IMG/VR virus record: IMGVR_UViG_2563366827_000005
Direction: 5' to 3' (one strand)
Source: a virus
Taxonomy: Duplodnaviria; Heunggongvirae; Uroviricota; Caudoviricetes
Length of the DNA stretch: 33,965 nucleotides
Shown: piece after piece, positions 1-9,252 of the stretch
Numbering within the stretch: position 1 is the stretch's first letter
Layout of the letters: each line of letters opens with the position of its first letter
The notes under the pieces: generated by a model
What the model was told of the DNA's origin: nothing
Seen by the model: only the letters and a program-made list of their open reading frames with translations
Databases searched by the model: none
Program-made: the position numbers and the translations under genes

Positions 1-1362
1 ATGTTTAAACCGGAACTCCTTTCCCCGGCGGGAACGCTGAAAAATATGCGTTACGCTTTCGCTTATGGCGCAGATGCTGTTTATGCGGGCCAGCCGCGTT
101 ATTCCCTGCGTGTGCGCAACAACGAATTCAACCACGAAAATCTTCAGCTCGGCATCAATGAAGCCCACGCGCTGGGGAAAAAGTTTTATGTCGTGGTCAA
201 CATTGCACCGCACAACGCCAAGCTGAAAACCTTTATCCGTGACCTGAAACCGGTGGTGGAAATGGGGCCGGATGCGCTGATTATGTCCGATCCAGGGCTG
301 ATTATGCTGGTGCGTGAGCACTTCCCTGAAATGCCGATCCACCTTTCGGTGCAGGCTAACGCCGTGAACTGGGCGACGGTGAAATTCTGGCAGCAAATGG
401 GCCTGACCCGCGTGATCCTCTCTCGCGAGCTGTCGCTGGAAGAGATTGAAGAGATCCGCAATCAGGTGCCGGATATGGAGATCGAGATCTTCGTTCACGG
501 CGCGCTGTGCATGGCCTACTCCGGTCGCTGCCTGCTCTCTGGCTATATCAACAAGCGCGACCCGAACCAGGGCACCTGCACCAACGCCTGCCGCTGGGAG
601 TACAACGTCCAGGAAGGGAAAGAAGATGATGTTGGCAACATCGTACACAAGTACGAGCCGATTCCGGTGCAAAATGTTGAGCCGACGCTGGGTATCGGCG
701 CACCAACCGACAAAGTGTTTATGATCGAAGAGGCCCAGCGTCCGGGCGAGTATATGACCGCGTTTGAAGATGAGCACGGCACTTACATCATGAACTCGAA
801 AGATCTGCGCGCCATCGCCCATGTAGAACGCCTGACCAAAATGGGCGTGCATTCGCTGAAAATCGAAGGTCGTACCAAATCTTTCTACTATTGTGCACGC
901 ACCGCACAGGTTTACCGCAAAGCTATCGATGACGCCGCTGCGGGAAAACCGTTCGATACCAGCCTGCTGGAAACTCTGGAAGGTCTGGCGCATCGTGGCT
1001 ATACCGAAGGTTTCCTGCGTCGTCATACTCACGACGATTATCAGAACTACGAATACGGTTATTCAGTTTCTGACCGCCAGCAGTTTGTTGGTGAGTTTAC
1101 CGGTGAGCGCAAGGGGGACCTCGCGGCGGTAGCGGTGAAAAATAAATTCTCCGTTGGCGACAGCCTTGAGCTGATGACGCCGCAAGGCAACATTAATTTT
1201 ACCCTTGAGCACATGGAAAACGCCAAAGGCGAAGCTATGCCGATAGCACCAGGCGATGGTTATACTGTGTGGCTCCCGGTCCCGCAGGATCTTGAGCTCA
1301 ATTACGCGCTGCTGATGCGTAATTTCTCCGGGGAAACCACGCGTAATCCCCACGGTAAGTGA
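1..1362 (+). CDS. yegQ: U32-family peptidase-like protein YegQ (tRNA hydroxylation-associated), host gene, complete
   Basis: 453-aa ORF starting MFKPELLSPAGTLKNMRYAFAYGADAVYAGQ, recognised as enterobacterial YegQ; GC-rich host-like composition; lies outside the att repeat. Confidence 0.85.
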   Translation: MFKPELLSPAGTLKNMRYAFAYGADAVYAGQPRYSLRVRNNEFNHENLQLGINEAHALGKKFYVVVNIAPHNAKLKTFIRDLKPVVEMGPDALIMSDPGLIMLVREHFPEMPIHLSVQANAVNWATVKFWQQMGLTRVILSRELSLEEIEEIRNQVPDMEIEIFVHGALCMAYSGRCLLSGYINKRDPNQGTCTNACRWEYNVQEGKEDDVGNIVHKYEPIPVQNVEPTLGIGAPTDKVFMIEEAQRPGEYMTAFEDEHGTYIMNSKDLRAIAHVERLTKMGVHSLKIEGRTKSFYYCARTAQVYRKAIDDAAAGKPFDTSLLETLEGLAHRGYTEGFLRRHTHDDYQNYEYGYSVSDRQQFVGEFTGERKGDLAAVAVKNKFSVGDSLELMTPQGNINFTLEHMENAKGEAMPIAPGDGYTVWLPVPQDLELNYALLMRNFSGETTRNPHGK

Positions 1363-1506
1363 TTAATTTCGATTATTTTTCCCGGATGGAAAATTCTTAG
1401 AAACCGATCACATACAGCTGTATTTATTAAGGTTATCATCCGTTTCGCTGAAAAACATAACCCATAAAATGCTAGCTGTACCAGGAACCACCTCCTTAGC
1501 CTGTGT

Positions 1507-1534
1507 AATCTCCCTTACACGGGCTTATTTTTTA
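1507..1534. other. Prophage attachment site core (attR, ogr-proximal); 28-bp perfect direct repeat of 33463..33490
   Basis: aatctcccttacacgggcttatttttta occurs identically at both prophage ends; its reverse complement matches the P2 att core AAAAAATAAGCCCGTGTAAGGGAGATT as I recall it. Confidence 0.8.
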
Positions 1535-1603
1535 CGCGTAATTCAATGAAATAAAAGGATTTATTTCTGGTCACGTCCACACATTGACCACATCGACAAA
1601 AAA

Positions 1604-1621
1604 GCCCCTCGACTGAGGGGC
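1604..1621. terminator. Hairpin gcccctc-gact-gaggggc with T-rich flanks on both strands; likely bidirectional terminator downstream of ogr and of yegQ
   Basis: Perfect 7-bp stem and 4-nt loop; followed by ctttctgttt on + strand and by TTTTTTG on - strand; sits 14 bp beyond the ogr stop. Confidence 0.6.
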
Positions 1622-1634
1622 TTTCTGTTTGTAA

Positions 1635-1853
1635 TTACATCCACATAATTTGCTGCCCTGACGGTAACGGGTGCGGCCTTACGGCGTGGACTTCTCCCGG
1701 CTTTACGATGTATCGCTGTACCGACTCATAAGTGATGAACGTGGCGCTGCAATTCACGTTCTGGCACTGGTGATAACGCTCTTTTGTCGTGTCAGTGATA
1801 TAGCGACTTGTACGCGCATGTGCGGCATGCTGGCATAAAGGACAATGAAACAT
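1635..1853 (-). CDS. ogr: Ogr, zinc-finger late-gene transcriptional activator
   Basis: 72-aa product MFHCPLCQHAAHARTSRYITDTTKERYHQCQNVNCSATF... with CxxC...CxxxxC motif; ORF-track start at 1916 trimmed to the internal ATG at 1853 to match P2 Ogr length. Confidence 0.9.
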   Translation of the reverse strand: MFHCPLCQHAAHARTSRYITDTTKERYHQCQNVNCSATFITYESVQRYIVKPGEVHAVRPHPLPSGQQIMWM

Positions 1854-1934
1854 CGCGAGCACCTCTTCCGGTTTTGTTGATGGTGCCATTTTAGTTAATT
1901 TACCCTTATAAAACAAACAGATAAATAAACCGCA

Positions 1935-3098
1935 TCACTCATCATCTTCTGTTTCGTACTCCACATCAGAAAGCCTTACCTCAAGCTCCAAGGACGTCGT
2001 GAAGCCGCTATTATTGAGACAATGTGTCACCTTAGTGATGGTCCAGTCCTGCTCGTCTATGACGCGCTTAAAGCCTGACACTTTAACCGGTGTTTCCGTG
2101 TAAATATCTGCCCGACCAGTAGCCAGGCTGATGGAGAACTCCGCAACACCCCGTTGCAGTTTATCCCACTTCGCCTGAGCGGCGCGCATGGCCTGTGCTT
2201 TCGTGGCATATACCGTGGTCAGGGCAAAAACGTTGTCAGCCTCACCGGCCATGTATTCACCTTCGCGCGCTTCCGGTACTTTTGGCTCTTTCTTCTGCGT
2301 GACCGGTTTCGCTTTCGGGTGCTCCAGTGCGCGCAGGTGTTTCTCTTTCTTTTTGCGTTTCAGTTTTACCTTCTGCTTTTGCGGCTTCGGGTCTTTGGTG
2401 TGTAACCACTTTGCCGTAACGCCGGTATAGGCTCCACGGTCAGCAATCGCAAAATGATGACGGTCGCCGTCGCTGCGGGTGATGGTGACCTGCGGGATTT
2501 TTTTACCGCTGGCCGTCACCCCCTGCCCCGCTTTGAGAAACAACAGTTTTCCCATTTTTACCGACACCTCACCGCCGTTGCGTTCTGCAAGACGGGTCAG
2601 GAATTTCGCATCAGACTCCTGCGACTGGTCGATGTGCGGGATTTTAATTCCGGCCAGTGACGGAGCGACACTGGCCTCCAGCTTGTTACGGGAGGCTATC
2701 GCCTCAACAATCGCACCGAGTGTGGTGTCATGCCAGGAGCCTTCCCGGCGGGAATTGAGCGTCCCGCGAAAATCTGCACTCCGGGCGCGGATGGTGACCA
2801 CATCCGGTGCGCCCCGGTGTTCAACCTCATCAACGGTAAATTTCCCTTTGCATACCAGGGCAAAACCTTTCCAGCCGATATACACCGTCAGGACAGCGCC
2901 ACGAATCGGTAGTCCGACCTGCCCGTCGGCATCGTTCAGTTCAATATCAAGCTGGTCAGCCTCAAAGCCCCGGTTATCCGTCAGGGTCATGCTCATCAGA
3001 CGGTCGCTGATATTGCCGGTAATATCCCTGCTGTCGAGCATCAACATATAATCCGGCGTCAGCGTACTGCCTGCATCAAATGTCAGCGCATCCAGCAT
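1935..3098 (-). CDS. D: Tail protein D (late control gene D homolog)
   Basis: 387 aa, same length and position as P2 gpD, last gene of the F-E-T-U-D tail operon; ATG overlaps the U stop (TAATG). Confidence 0.85.
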   Translation of the reverse strand: MLDALTFDAGSTLTPDYMLMLDSRDITGNISDRLMSMTLTDNRGFEADQLDIELNDADGQVGLPIRGAVLTVYIGWKGFALVCKGKFTVDEVEHRGAPDVVTIRARSADFRGTLNSRREGSWHDTTLGAIVEAIASRNKLEASVAPSLAGIKIPHIDQSQESDAKFLTRLAERNGGEVSVKMGKLLFLKAGQGVTASGKKIPQVTITRSDGDRHHFAIADRGAYTGVTAKWLHTKDPKPQKQKVKLKRKKKEKHLRALEHPKAKPVTQKKEPKVPEAREGEYMAGEADNVFALTTVYATKAQAMRAAQAKWDKLQRGVAEFSISLATGRADIYTETPVKVSGFKRVIDEQDWTITKVTHCLNNSGFTTSLELEVRLSDVEYETEDDE

Positions 3099-3577
3099 TA
3101 TCCCACCCCCGTCATACCCGTGAATTTAGTCGCCATACTGCCAGCCTTACCGATGAGCGACTCCGCCTGTTTACCGATATCGCCATAAAGCGCGGCCAGT
3201 GATTCATCAACGCGGGTGAGCGACAGCGTAAAATCAATTTTCCGGGGTGTGCCGTCTGCAAAGAAAATACTCCCTGTTTCACTCACCCTGCTGATGACAT
3301 ACATGCCGTAAATCATGCCGGTGCCATCCAGCAATGGCCACGCCCGACCTTCCTCTGCCATCAGCCTGAGCGTGGTCATCGTCAGCTTGCCGCCGGTCAG
3401 TTCGGGATAAAGCACACCGGCCAGCGTGATGTTTTCCTCACCCACACCGAGAAACTGAAAGGCATCCCGTTTGCCGATACGGGAATTTGACGGCCAGCGA
3501 TAATCTGATTCACGCTGCATGGTCTGGTGTGGCAGCGTCTGGCGCATAAAAACAAACATACCTAACGCGAGCATCAT
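3098..3577 (-). CDS. U: Tail protein U
   Basis: 159 aa starting MMLALGMFVF, P2 gpU length and synteny. Confidence 0.85.
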   Translation of the reverse strand: MMLALGMFVFMRQTLPHQTMQRESDYRWPSNSRIGKRDAFQFLGVGEENITLAGVLYPELTGGKLTMTTLRLMAEEGRAWPLLDGTGMIYGMYVISRVSETGSIFFADGTPRKIDFTLSLTRVDESLAALYGDIGKQAESLIGKAGSMATKFTGMTGVG

Positions 3578-3591
3578 TTTTCGTCACCTCC

Positions 3592-6039
3592 TTAACCGTC
3601 ATGCATCATGCTGGCACGGGCGCGCGCACGTTTATCCCGCTCGTATTTTTCGAGCGCATCCTGTAACTGGCGGTCAAGCGGTGTCCCCGGCGCAGTACCG
3701 CCCGTCAGGCTGATGTGATATTCGTTTTTACTCTGGTCCACATAAGAGCGGCCAGCCGGTGCCGTGACCGGCTGATAAGCCTGATAACCTGCATAAGAGC
3801 TGGTCGCCGGAATATAACCACCGCTGCCATACGTGGCGGCTTGAGTTCTGGCGGCGGTCTGGTCAAGTGTGCCTGACTCTTTGTTGATGACGCCGAGTTT
3901 TTCCAGTACCCAGTCAATACCGCCGCGCAGTTTGTTGAACGCATTAAGCGGCAGCATCAGCGCGTCAGCCAGTGCCTGCCCGAACATGACGCCCGTGTCA
4001 CGGCAACGGTTCAGGGTGTCCTGGGTGGCTTTGACCGGGGCAATCAGGTTTTTAAACCACTGCCACGCGGCCTGTAACTTTTCACCCAGCCAGTCAAACA
4101 CCGGCTTAAGTGGCGTGAACAGTTCCCCCACTGGCGCAAATGCTGCTTTCAGCCCTTCAACCACACCGCCAAAGAATGCGCTGACAGGCTCCCAGTATTT
4201 ACGGATAAGCAACGCCCCGGCGACAATGGCGGCCACCACAGCCACAACCGGCCAGCTAATCGCCCCGATGGCCGTCATAACAGCACTGCCAACCGTCGTG
4301 AAGATTGCCCCCATTGCGCCTGCTGCCGCGATGATGGCATTAATGCCGGTGATAACCGGCCAGGCTACAAGACCAATTGCACCGATGATGCCAATAAGCG
4401 CCAGTGCGCCACCGACAATAAGGCCGATGGTTGACGCCAGTGATTTGTTTTTCTGGATCCAGCCGTCGAGTTTTAACACATACTTTGTGGCCGTCTGCGT
4501 GAGATTACGCAGTGCGCCTTCCTGCTGGTCAAACAGGTCAGTCCCCACCGCCTCATAAGCAGACTGAAACTCCTTAAAGTCACCGCCTAGGTTGTCCTGC
4601 ATGATATTTACCAGCTCGGCGGTCTTCCCGTCTGAGGCTTTAAACGCAGCGGTCAGTTTGTCCAGCTTTCCGGTTGAGGCGGCAGTCATCAGCACGGCGG
4701 CGGCTGAGCTGGCCTCCTCCCCGAAAATAGTTTTCATGTATTCAGCCTGCTGGGCAGTACCGAGCCGGTTTTTCTCAAAACTGGCCTGCATTTCTTTCAG
4801 AATGGTAAATATTGGCCGGGTGTTTCCCTTGCTGTCTGAGGTTTTCACTCCAAGCTCTTTGAGTGCATCCCATGCTTTTCCCGTCGGTGCCTGCAGGCGG
4901 CTTAACACGGCACGGCTTCCCGTCCCCGCCATTGAGCCTGTGATTTTTGCATCATGCAGCGCCCCGACCATTGCGGCGGTTTCTTCAATGCTGACACCGG
5001 CATTTTTTGCCACAGGTGCGGCATAGGTCAGCGCATCGCTCATGCCGTCAAAATCGGCGGCGGTTTTGTTCATCGTCATGGAGAGAACATCCCCGATATG
5101 AGCGACCTTATCGTTTGAAAGCTGAAAGGCGGATTTCATCCCCATCAGCAGGGCGGCGTTTTCTTCCATCGTGCGGCGGTTCGCCAGCGCCATATTCAGC
5201 GTGACCGGCGTTGCCGCCTGAATGGCATCAACATCCCCACCCGCTTTCGCGATGATTATCTGTGCACCGGCCGCATCATCCGCCGAGGCGGCGGTATTGT
5301 CGCCGAGCTGGCGCGCCTGTTTGCGTAGTGCGGTCATTTCGGCGGAGTCTTTTGCCACTCCGAGCACGGCCTGCAATTCTGAGTTTTTCTGCGCAAACTC
5401 ATAACCGGGCATCAGCAACTTAACTCCGGCCATCGTTCCCGCCGCCGCAATCCCCACACCGGCAGCGCCTACTGAGGCCATATTTCCGGCCAGTTCCTTT
5501 CCGGCCTGATAACGCTGTTTGACTGCGTTAAGTTTTGCCTGTTGCGCACTGACACGCGCCAGCGCGTCGCGCTGACGGTTAAGCTGTGCGGTGGTTTCAC
5601 TGATACGGTTTTTCAGTCCCTGCTCATCATGTGCAAGATTGCGGGTATTAATTCCCACAGCGGCCAGTTCCCGCTGCTGGCGTTTAACGGAATCCGTCAG
5701 GCGGTTATATTTCGCCTGTAAGTCCTCCGCCGCTCGCTTTGCGGATTCCAGCACTTTCGCCTGAGCACTGGTCGGACGTTCGGTGTTTTTAAACTGTGTG
5801 GCAAGGGCTTCGGCTTCCTGCCGTGCCTTTTCAAGTGCATGACCAGTCACGGCGAGCTGCGCACTGGTCTTGCGAAATCCCTCAATACGGGATGCGTGAC
5901 CGTTCAGCTCGCGCAGTGATTTTTGTGTTTCCCGGATATCCCCCGACAGCGACTTGCTCACTGTGCGGATGGATTTAAACGGGCGGGATGCCTGGTCAAC
6001 AGCCCTGAGCAATACCTGTAATTTTACATTGTTACTCAT
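3592..6039 (-). CDS. T: Tail tape measure protein T
   Basis: 815 aa, Ala/Gly-rich with hydrophobic central segment, coiled-coil N-terminus; P2 gpT length and position. Confidence 0.9.
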   Translation of the reverse strand: MSNNVKLQVLLRAVDQASRPFKSIRTVSKSLSGDIRETQKSLRELNGHASRIEGFRKTSAQLAVTGHALEKARQEAEALATQFKNTERPTSAQAKVLESAKRAAEDLQAKYNRLTDSVKRQQRELAAVGINTRNLAHDEQGLKNRISETTAQLNRQRDALARVSAQQAKLNAVKQRYQAGKELAGNMASVGAAGVGIAAAGTMAGVKLLMPGYEFAQKNSELQAVLGVAKDSAEMTALRKQARQLGDNTAASADDAAGAQIIIAKAGGDVDAIQAATPVTLNMALANRRTMEENAALLMGMKSAFQLSNDKVAHIGDVLSMTMNKTAADFDGMSDALTYAAPVAKNAGVSIEETAAMVGALHDAKITGSMAGTGSRAVLSRLQAPTGKAWDALKELGVKTSDSKGNTRPIFTILKEMQASFEKNRLGTAQQAEYMKTIFGEEASSAAAVLMTAASTGKLDKLTAAFKASDGKTAELVNIMQDNLGGDFKEFQSAYEAVGTDLFDQQEGALRNLTQTATKYVLKLDGWIQKNKSLASTIGLIVGGALALIGIIGAIGLVAWPVITGINAIIAAAGAMGAIFTTVGSAVMTAIGAISWPVVAVVAAIVAGALLIRKYWEPVSAFFGGVVEGLKAAFAPVGELFTPLKPVFDWLGEKLQAAWQWFKNLIAPVKATQDTLNRCRDTGVMFGQALADALMLPLNAFNKLRGGIDWVLEKLGVINKESGTLDQTAARTQAATYGSGGYIPATSSYAGYQAYQPVTAPAGRSYVDQSKNEYHISLTGGTAPGTPLDRQLQDALEKYERDKRARARASMMHDG

Positions 6040-6459
6040 TCGTGTTTCCGCTTCGCCGGAGCGCCTTTTCGCGCCATGTGATGAGTTCGGTCAGGCTCAT
6101 GGGATACAGTTCTGATGGCGGCCAGTGAAATATCACTGCCACATCCGCCATCAGGTCATCGACCGAGAGATTTTTCGGAAACGTCACTGCACCGAGTTCG
6201 GCGACAAAAAACCAACCACCTTACCGGCCAGCGCCACAAGGTCAGGCAGTTCCAGCGCGGCGACTTCCTGCTCGGTCAGCATCGGTGCCGTCATGCGCGG
6301 CAGCACTTTAATCAGTGCATCGACTTCGGAGTTCGCGACTGCAGCCAGACTGACACCGCGCAGCGTCCCGGCATTGGGTTTCATCAGCGTGACCTGTTCG
6401 ATAACCTGCTCACCACGTTTGACCGGATTGTCCAAGGTAATGACGTTTTCTTTGTTCAT
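6032..6459 (-). CDS. Tail assembly chaperone E+E' fusion produced by programmed -1 ribosomal frameshift
   Basis: Hand translation of the -1 frame from the slip site gives ...GFF-VAELGAVTFPKNLSVDDLMADVAVIFHWPPSELYPMSLTELITWREKALRRSGNTNE-stop, total 142 aa, ending at TAA 6032..6034 and overlapping the T start by 8 nt. Confidence 0.75.
6184..6459 (-). CDS. E: Tail assembly chaperone E (in-frame product)
   Basis: 91 aa ending ...KVVGFLSPNSVQ; slippery TTTTTTG lies near its 3' end; P2 gpE length. Confidence 0.85.
   Translation of the reverse strand: MNKENVITLDNPVKRGEQVIEQVTLMKPNAGTLRGVSLAAVANSEVDALIKVLPRMTAPMLTEQEVAALELPDLVALAGKVVGFLSPNSVQ
6205..6211 (-). promoter_or_regulatory. Slippery heptamer T-TTT-TTG (minus strand) for the E/E' -1 frameshift
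   Basis: caaaaaa on + strand equals TTTTTTG on the coding strand, in the GGT-TTT-TTG (G-F-L) context near the end of E. Confidence 0.75.
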
Positions 6460-6515
6460 GGTTTTCTCACTTCTGAATCGGGGTTAACCGGTCAGCCAGG
6501 CTGACCGGATGAAAA

Positions 6516-7034
6516 TCACAGGCCGATATTGCGGCGGTGTTGCTCCAGCCGGTCGACGCCGTTCACCTTCTCAATCATGTTGATGGTGTCGATTTCGACC
6601 AGCTCCTTACCGTCCATCGTCAGCCGGAAATAGGTGCAGACCACGGAGATTTTCGACTCGGTGTCTTCTCCCTGTTTGCCCTCGCCGGTGTCGATTTCTT
6701 TCTGACGTCCACGCATGACCACCTCGACGGCCACCGTTTCGCCGGTATCGTCGCGCTGGTAAGAGCCTGCAAAACGAATCGGTACGGCATCCACACCGGT
6801 TGCGGCGTAAAGCTCCCAGATAACCGAATCCGGGAAACCACCGAGCGACCACTCCATTGACAGCGCATCGTCATCAAGGCCGAGGTCTACCGGTGCGCTG
6901 CCGTTCATCCCCGCACCGCGATAGTTTTCGAGCTTACGGGTCAGTTTTGGCAGCGTGACGGACTTTGCAACGCCCTGATAGCTGTAGCCGTTCAGAAAGA
7001 CGTTCATTAACTTGAGTTTGCGCGGCATTGCCAT
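6516..7034 (-). CDS. FII: Tail tube protein FII
   Basis: 172 aa, P2 gpFII length and synteny. Confidence 0.85.
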   Translation of the reverse strand: MAMPRKLKLMNVFLNGYSYQGVAKSVTLPKLTRKLENYRGAGMNGSAPVDLGLDDDALSMEWSLGGFPDSVIWELYAATGVDAVPIRFAGSYQRDDTGETVAVEVVMRGRQKEIDTGEGKQGEDTESKISVVCTYFRLTMDGKELVEIDTINMIEKVNGVDRLEQHRRNIGL

Positions 7035-7046
7035 CGGTCAGGCTCC

Positions 7047-8237
7047 TTAATTGCTATTAACCGAAGTGACCAGACTTGCCAGGTATCTGGAAGTAATACG
7101 CTGGCGCAGGGTCAGGTTTTCGAGAGGAGGCACCGGGGTATAGTCGTAGTCGATATACAGTTTTCCGGCCTTGAGGGTTTCCGCATCGTTGGATTCTTCG
7201 CTGAACCAGCAGGTCGCATCCACGATATAGCCGTTTGTTTTCAGCTCACGGAATTTGGCATTGATGCCGTCAACGATGTCGCGAATCAGCGTTGCGGTGA
7301 TGGGCTTGTCCACCGCCCACATGTGCGCCTCAGCCATCGTATCGGCCAGCACCTGCGCGGTGCGGGTGTAGTTTTCAAAGAGGAACAGCGGGTCATCAGA
7401 GCAGGTACGGTTACCCCAGAAGCGTAAACCGTCACGGCGAATCAGCGTTGTGACCCCTGACTCGTTCAACAGGTCAGCATCGGTGCCGGACTCCTGCAAA
7501 TCCCAGAATACAGATGCGCTGATGCCGGTAACACCGTTCACCCCGACATTGGACAGAGTTTTATGCCAGCCCTGCTCCTGGTCGATTTTAGCGCGCAGGC
7601 CCAGTGCACGGGCAGTGGCATACGCGGTGGCGGTGGTACTGGTGACCGTATCCCATGCGAGGAAATCCGGCCAGATGACCATCAGCTCACGCTGGCTGAA
7701 ATTCTGGCGGTAGGCTTTCACCTCGGAAATAGTCTTACATCCCCATGCGCTGATATACCCGAAAGCACGCAGCTTCTGACAGACAGATGCCAGTGCAACA
7801 GCCACCTCTTTGGTATCCAGTCCCGGCACGCCGAGAATACGCGGTTTAACACCGGTTACCGACTCCGCCGCCAGCAGGGCTTTCAGTCCGGTGTACTGAC
7901 CGTTTTCGTCGGTGGTGCCGATGATATTGGAAACGGTCTGCGCGAGTTTCGTTTCTTCGTCGTCGCCGGTGCCGTCTTCCACACGTACGACAACGGTGAC
8001 CGGTTTTGACTGGTCGGCGATGGCCTGCAACGATGCCGCCAGCGTGCCTTTTTTACCAGCCTTTGCAATTGCGCTCTGCACATTGGTAATCAGCACCGGT
8101 TTATTGAGGGGGAAGGTTTCCGCATCTGCATCGCTGGCCGTGCAGACCATGCCGACAATGGCCGTGGATACGGTGGAAATGACGCGGGTGCCGTCGTTAA
8201 TCTCCAGCACCTGCACGCCGTGATGATAGTCACTCAT
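7047..8237 (-). CDS. FI: Contractile tail sheath protein FI
   Basis: 396 aa, P2 gpFI length and synteny, first gene of the F-E-T-U-D operon. Confidence 0.9.
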   Translation of the reverse strand: MSDYHHGVQVLEINDGTRVISTVSTAIVGMVCTASDADAETFPLNKPVLITNVQSAIAKAGKKGTLAASLQAIADQSKPVTVVVRVEDGTGDDEETKLAQTVSNIIGTTDENGQYTGLKALLAAESVTGVKPRILGVPGLDTKEVAVALASVCQKLRAFGYISAWGCKTISEVKAYRQNFSQRELMVIWPDFLAWDTVTSTTATAYATARALGLRAKIDQEQGWHKTLSNVGVNGVTGISASVFWDLQESGTDADLLNESGVTTLIRRDGLRFWGNRTCSDDPLFLFENYTRTAQVLADTMAEAHMWAVDKPITATLIRDIVDGINAKFRELKTNGYIVDATCWFSEESNDAETLKAGKLYIDYDYTPVPPLENLTLRQRITSRYLASLVTSVNSN

Positions 8238-8680
8238 CCGTTTAACTCCGTGGTTAATGGGTGCAACTATTTTCTGTTGTGCAGAGCATGAGACGCTATT
8301 TGACCTGGCTGGTCAGGGGATGAAACAACAGATAAAGAAAATGCGGGCAATTCGCCCGCCTGTCCTGATTTGTACACACTCATTTTCCGACTGACTATTT
8401 AGATAGCCGAAACGCTATCAAATCTGACAGTCTGCTTTGAGCGAGGAGCAAAGGTTAGACCAGACTTATCTTTAGGGATGTTTTCTACCCTCATGTTGAC
8501 GTTATTTTTAAGCGATAAATCTATTGTTATGGAGCTGATTATATTTTCAGACACTAATTTGGATTACTTCATATTAATCTGGCCGATATATGAAAGGATC
8601 TATTACAGCCAGATTTAGGATAAGTTTATGCTCTTCCTATATAATTTTAAGTATCAGCTTTAGATTCTGCTGCACCCGCA

Positions 8681-9166
8681 TTACCAACCTCGCTCTTTAA
8701 GCCTTTGCTGCACATGTGATGCTGTCATTTTTAGAATATCAGGTAGAATAATTTCATTACCTTGAGAAGGTTGAAACGAGGCATTACGATTGGCAAAGAG
8801 GTCATGAAACCTAGTGTCTGATGTAATCATGACGGGAAGATTGTTATATCCCCGGTCGTTGAACTGATCTGCAGTCAAATCAACAATCATTCCATCCACG
8901 ACAAGCCAAGCATGTGAATTACCGTTTGAAAGACCGCTGGCGGGGGACTTATGATCAGATTCATAGTAATATCCTGCGAGTACTTCAGAGACTATCCCGA
9001 ATTGCTGATAAAGCAAATAAGCAAGCAGTTTCGATGTATCCCCGCAGCATCCCACTGGAAAGTTCGAATTTCTAAAGGATGACAGCCGTGAATGATCTTT
9101 TTTGGTCATCTTCTCAAGTGCTTCACGCACATCAACACAAAAAATTTTTAACTCATCTTGATTCAT
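8681..9166 (-). CDS. Cargo gene 2: small protein with transglutaminase-like (papain-fold) Cys-His-Asp signature; function unknown, candidate effector
   Basis: 161 aa; motifs VGCCGDTSKLLAYLL (Cys40/41 at a helix start), NSHAWLVVDG (His85) and IVDLTAD (Asp) match the TGL-superfamily pattern GxCxx[FY]A ... HAWxEV ... D[PA]T; AT-rich; ATG with AAGGT Shine-Dalgarno. Confidence 0.45.
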   Translation of the reverse strand: MNQDELKIFCVDVREALEKMTKKDHSRLSSFRNSNFPVGCCGDTSKLLAYLLYQQFGIVSEVLAGYYYESDHKSPASGLSNGNSHAWLVVDGMIVDLTADQFNDRGYNNLPVMITSDTRFHDLFANRNASFQPSQGNEIILPDILKMTASHVQQRLKERGW

Positions 9167-9252
9167 CTAGTTACCTTTTATTGTCTACACAACCATAGAA
9201 TTAAATTTAATTGGCCCGTAATGCACTATCATTTAACTACTAAATAGAAAAG

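Noticed and set aside
1507-1534. Integration into a tRNA gene
   Set aside because: No cloverleaf-forming tRNA-like sequence is evident at either junction; the att core matches the P2-type non-tRNA core.
2154-6039. Numerous + strand ORFs (for example 2479..3051 at 190 aa, 3869..4558 at 229 aa, 4592..5026 at 144 aa) inside D, U and T
   Set aside because: They are opposite-strand shadow ORFs in GC-rich coding sequence; products are low-complexity and Ser/Ala/Pro/Arg-rich, and they lie wholly within well-supported P2 structural genes.
6115-6504. + strand ORFs of 129 aa and 120 aa overlapping E
   Set aside because: Antisense to the conserved E/E' region with no supporting signals; the true alternative product here is the -1 frameshift fusion on the minus strand.
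8274-8295. Partial TGT-N12-ACG dyad upstream of FI as the Ogr binding site
   Set aside because: The match is imperfect and sits too close to the FI start codon for a site expected near -55; left unannotated as a specific activator site.
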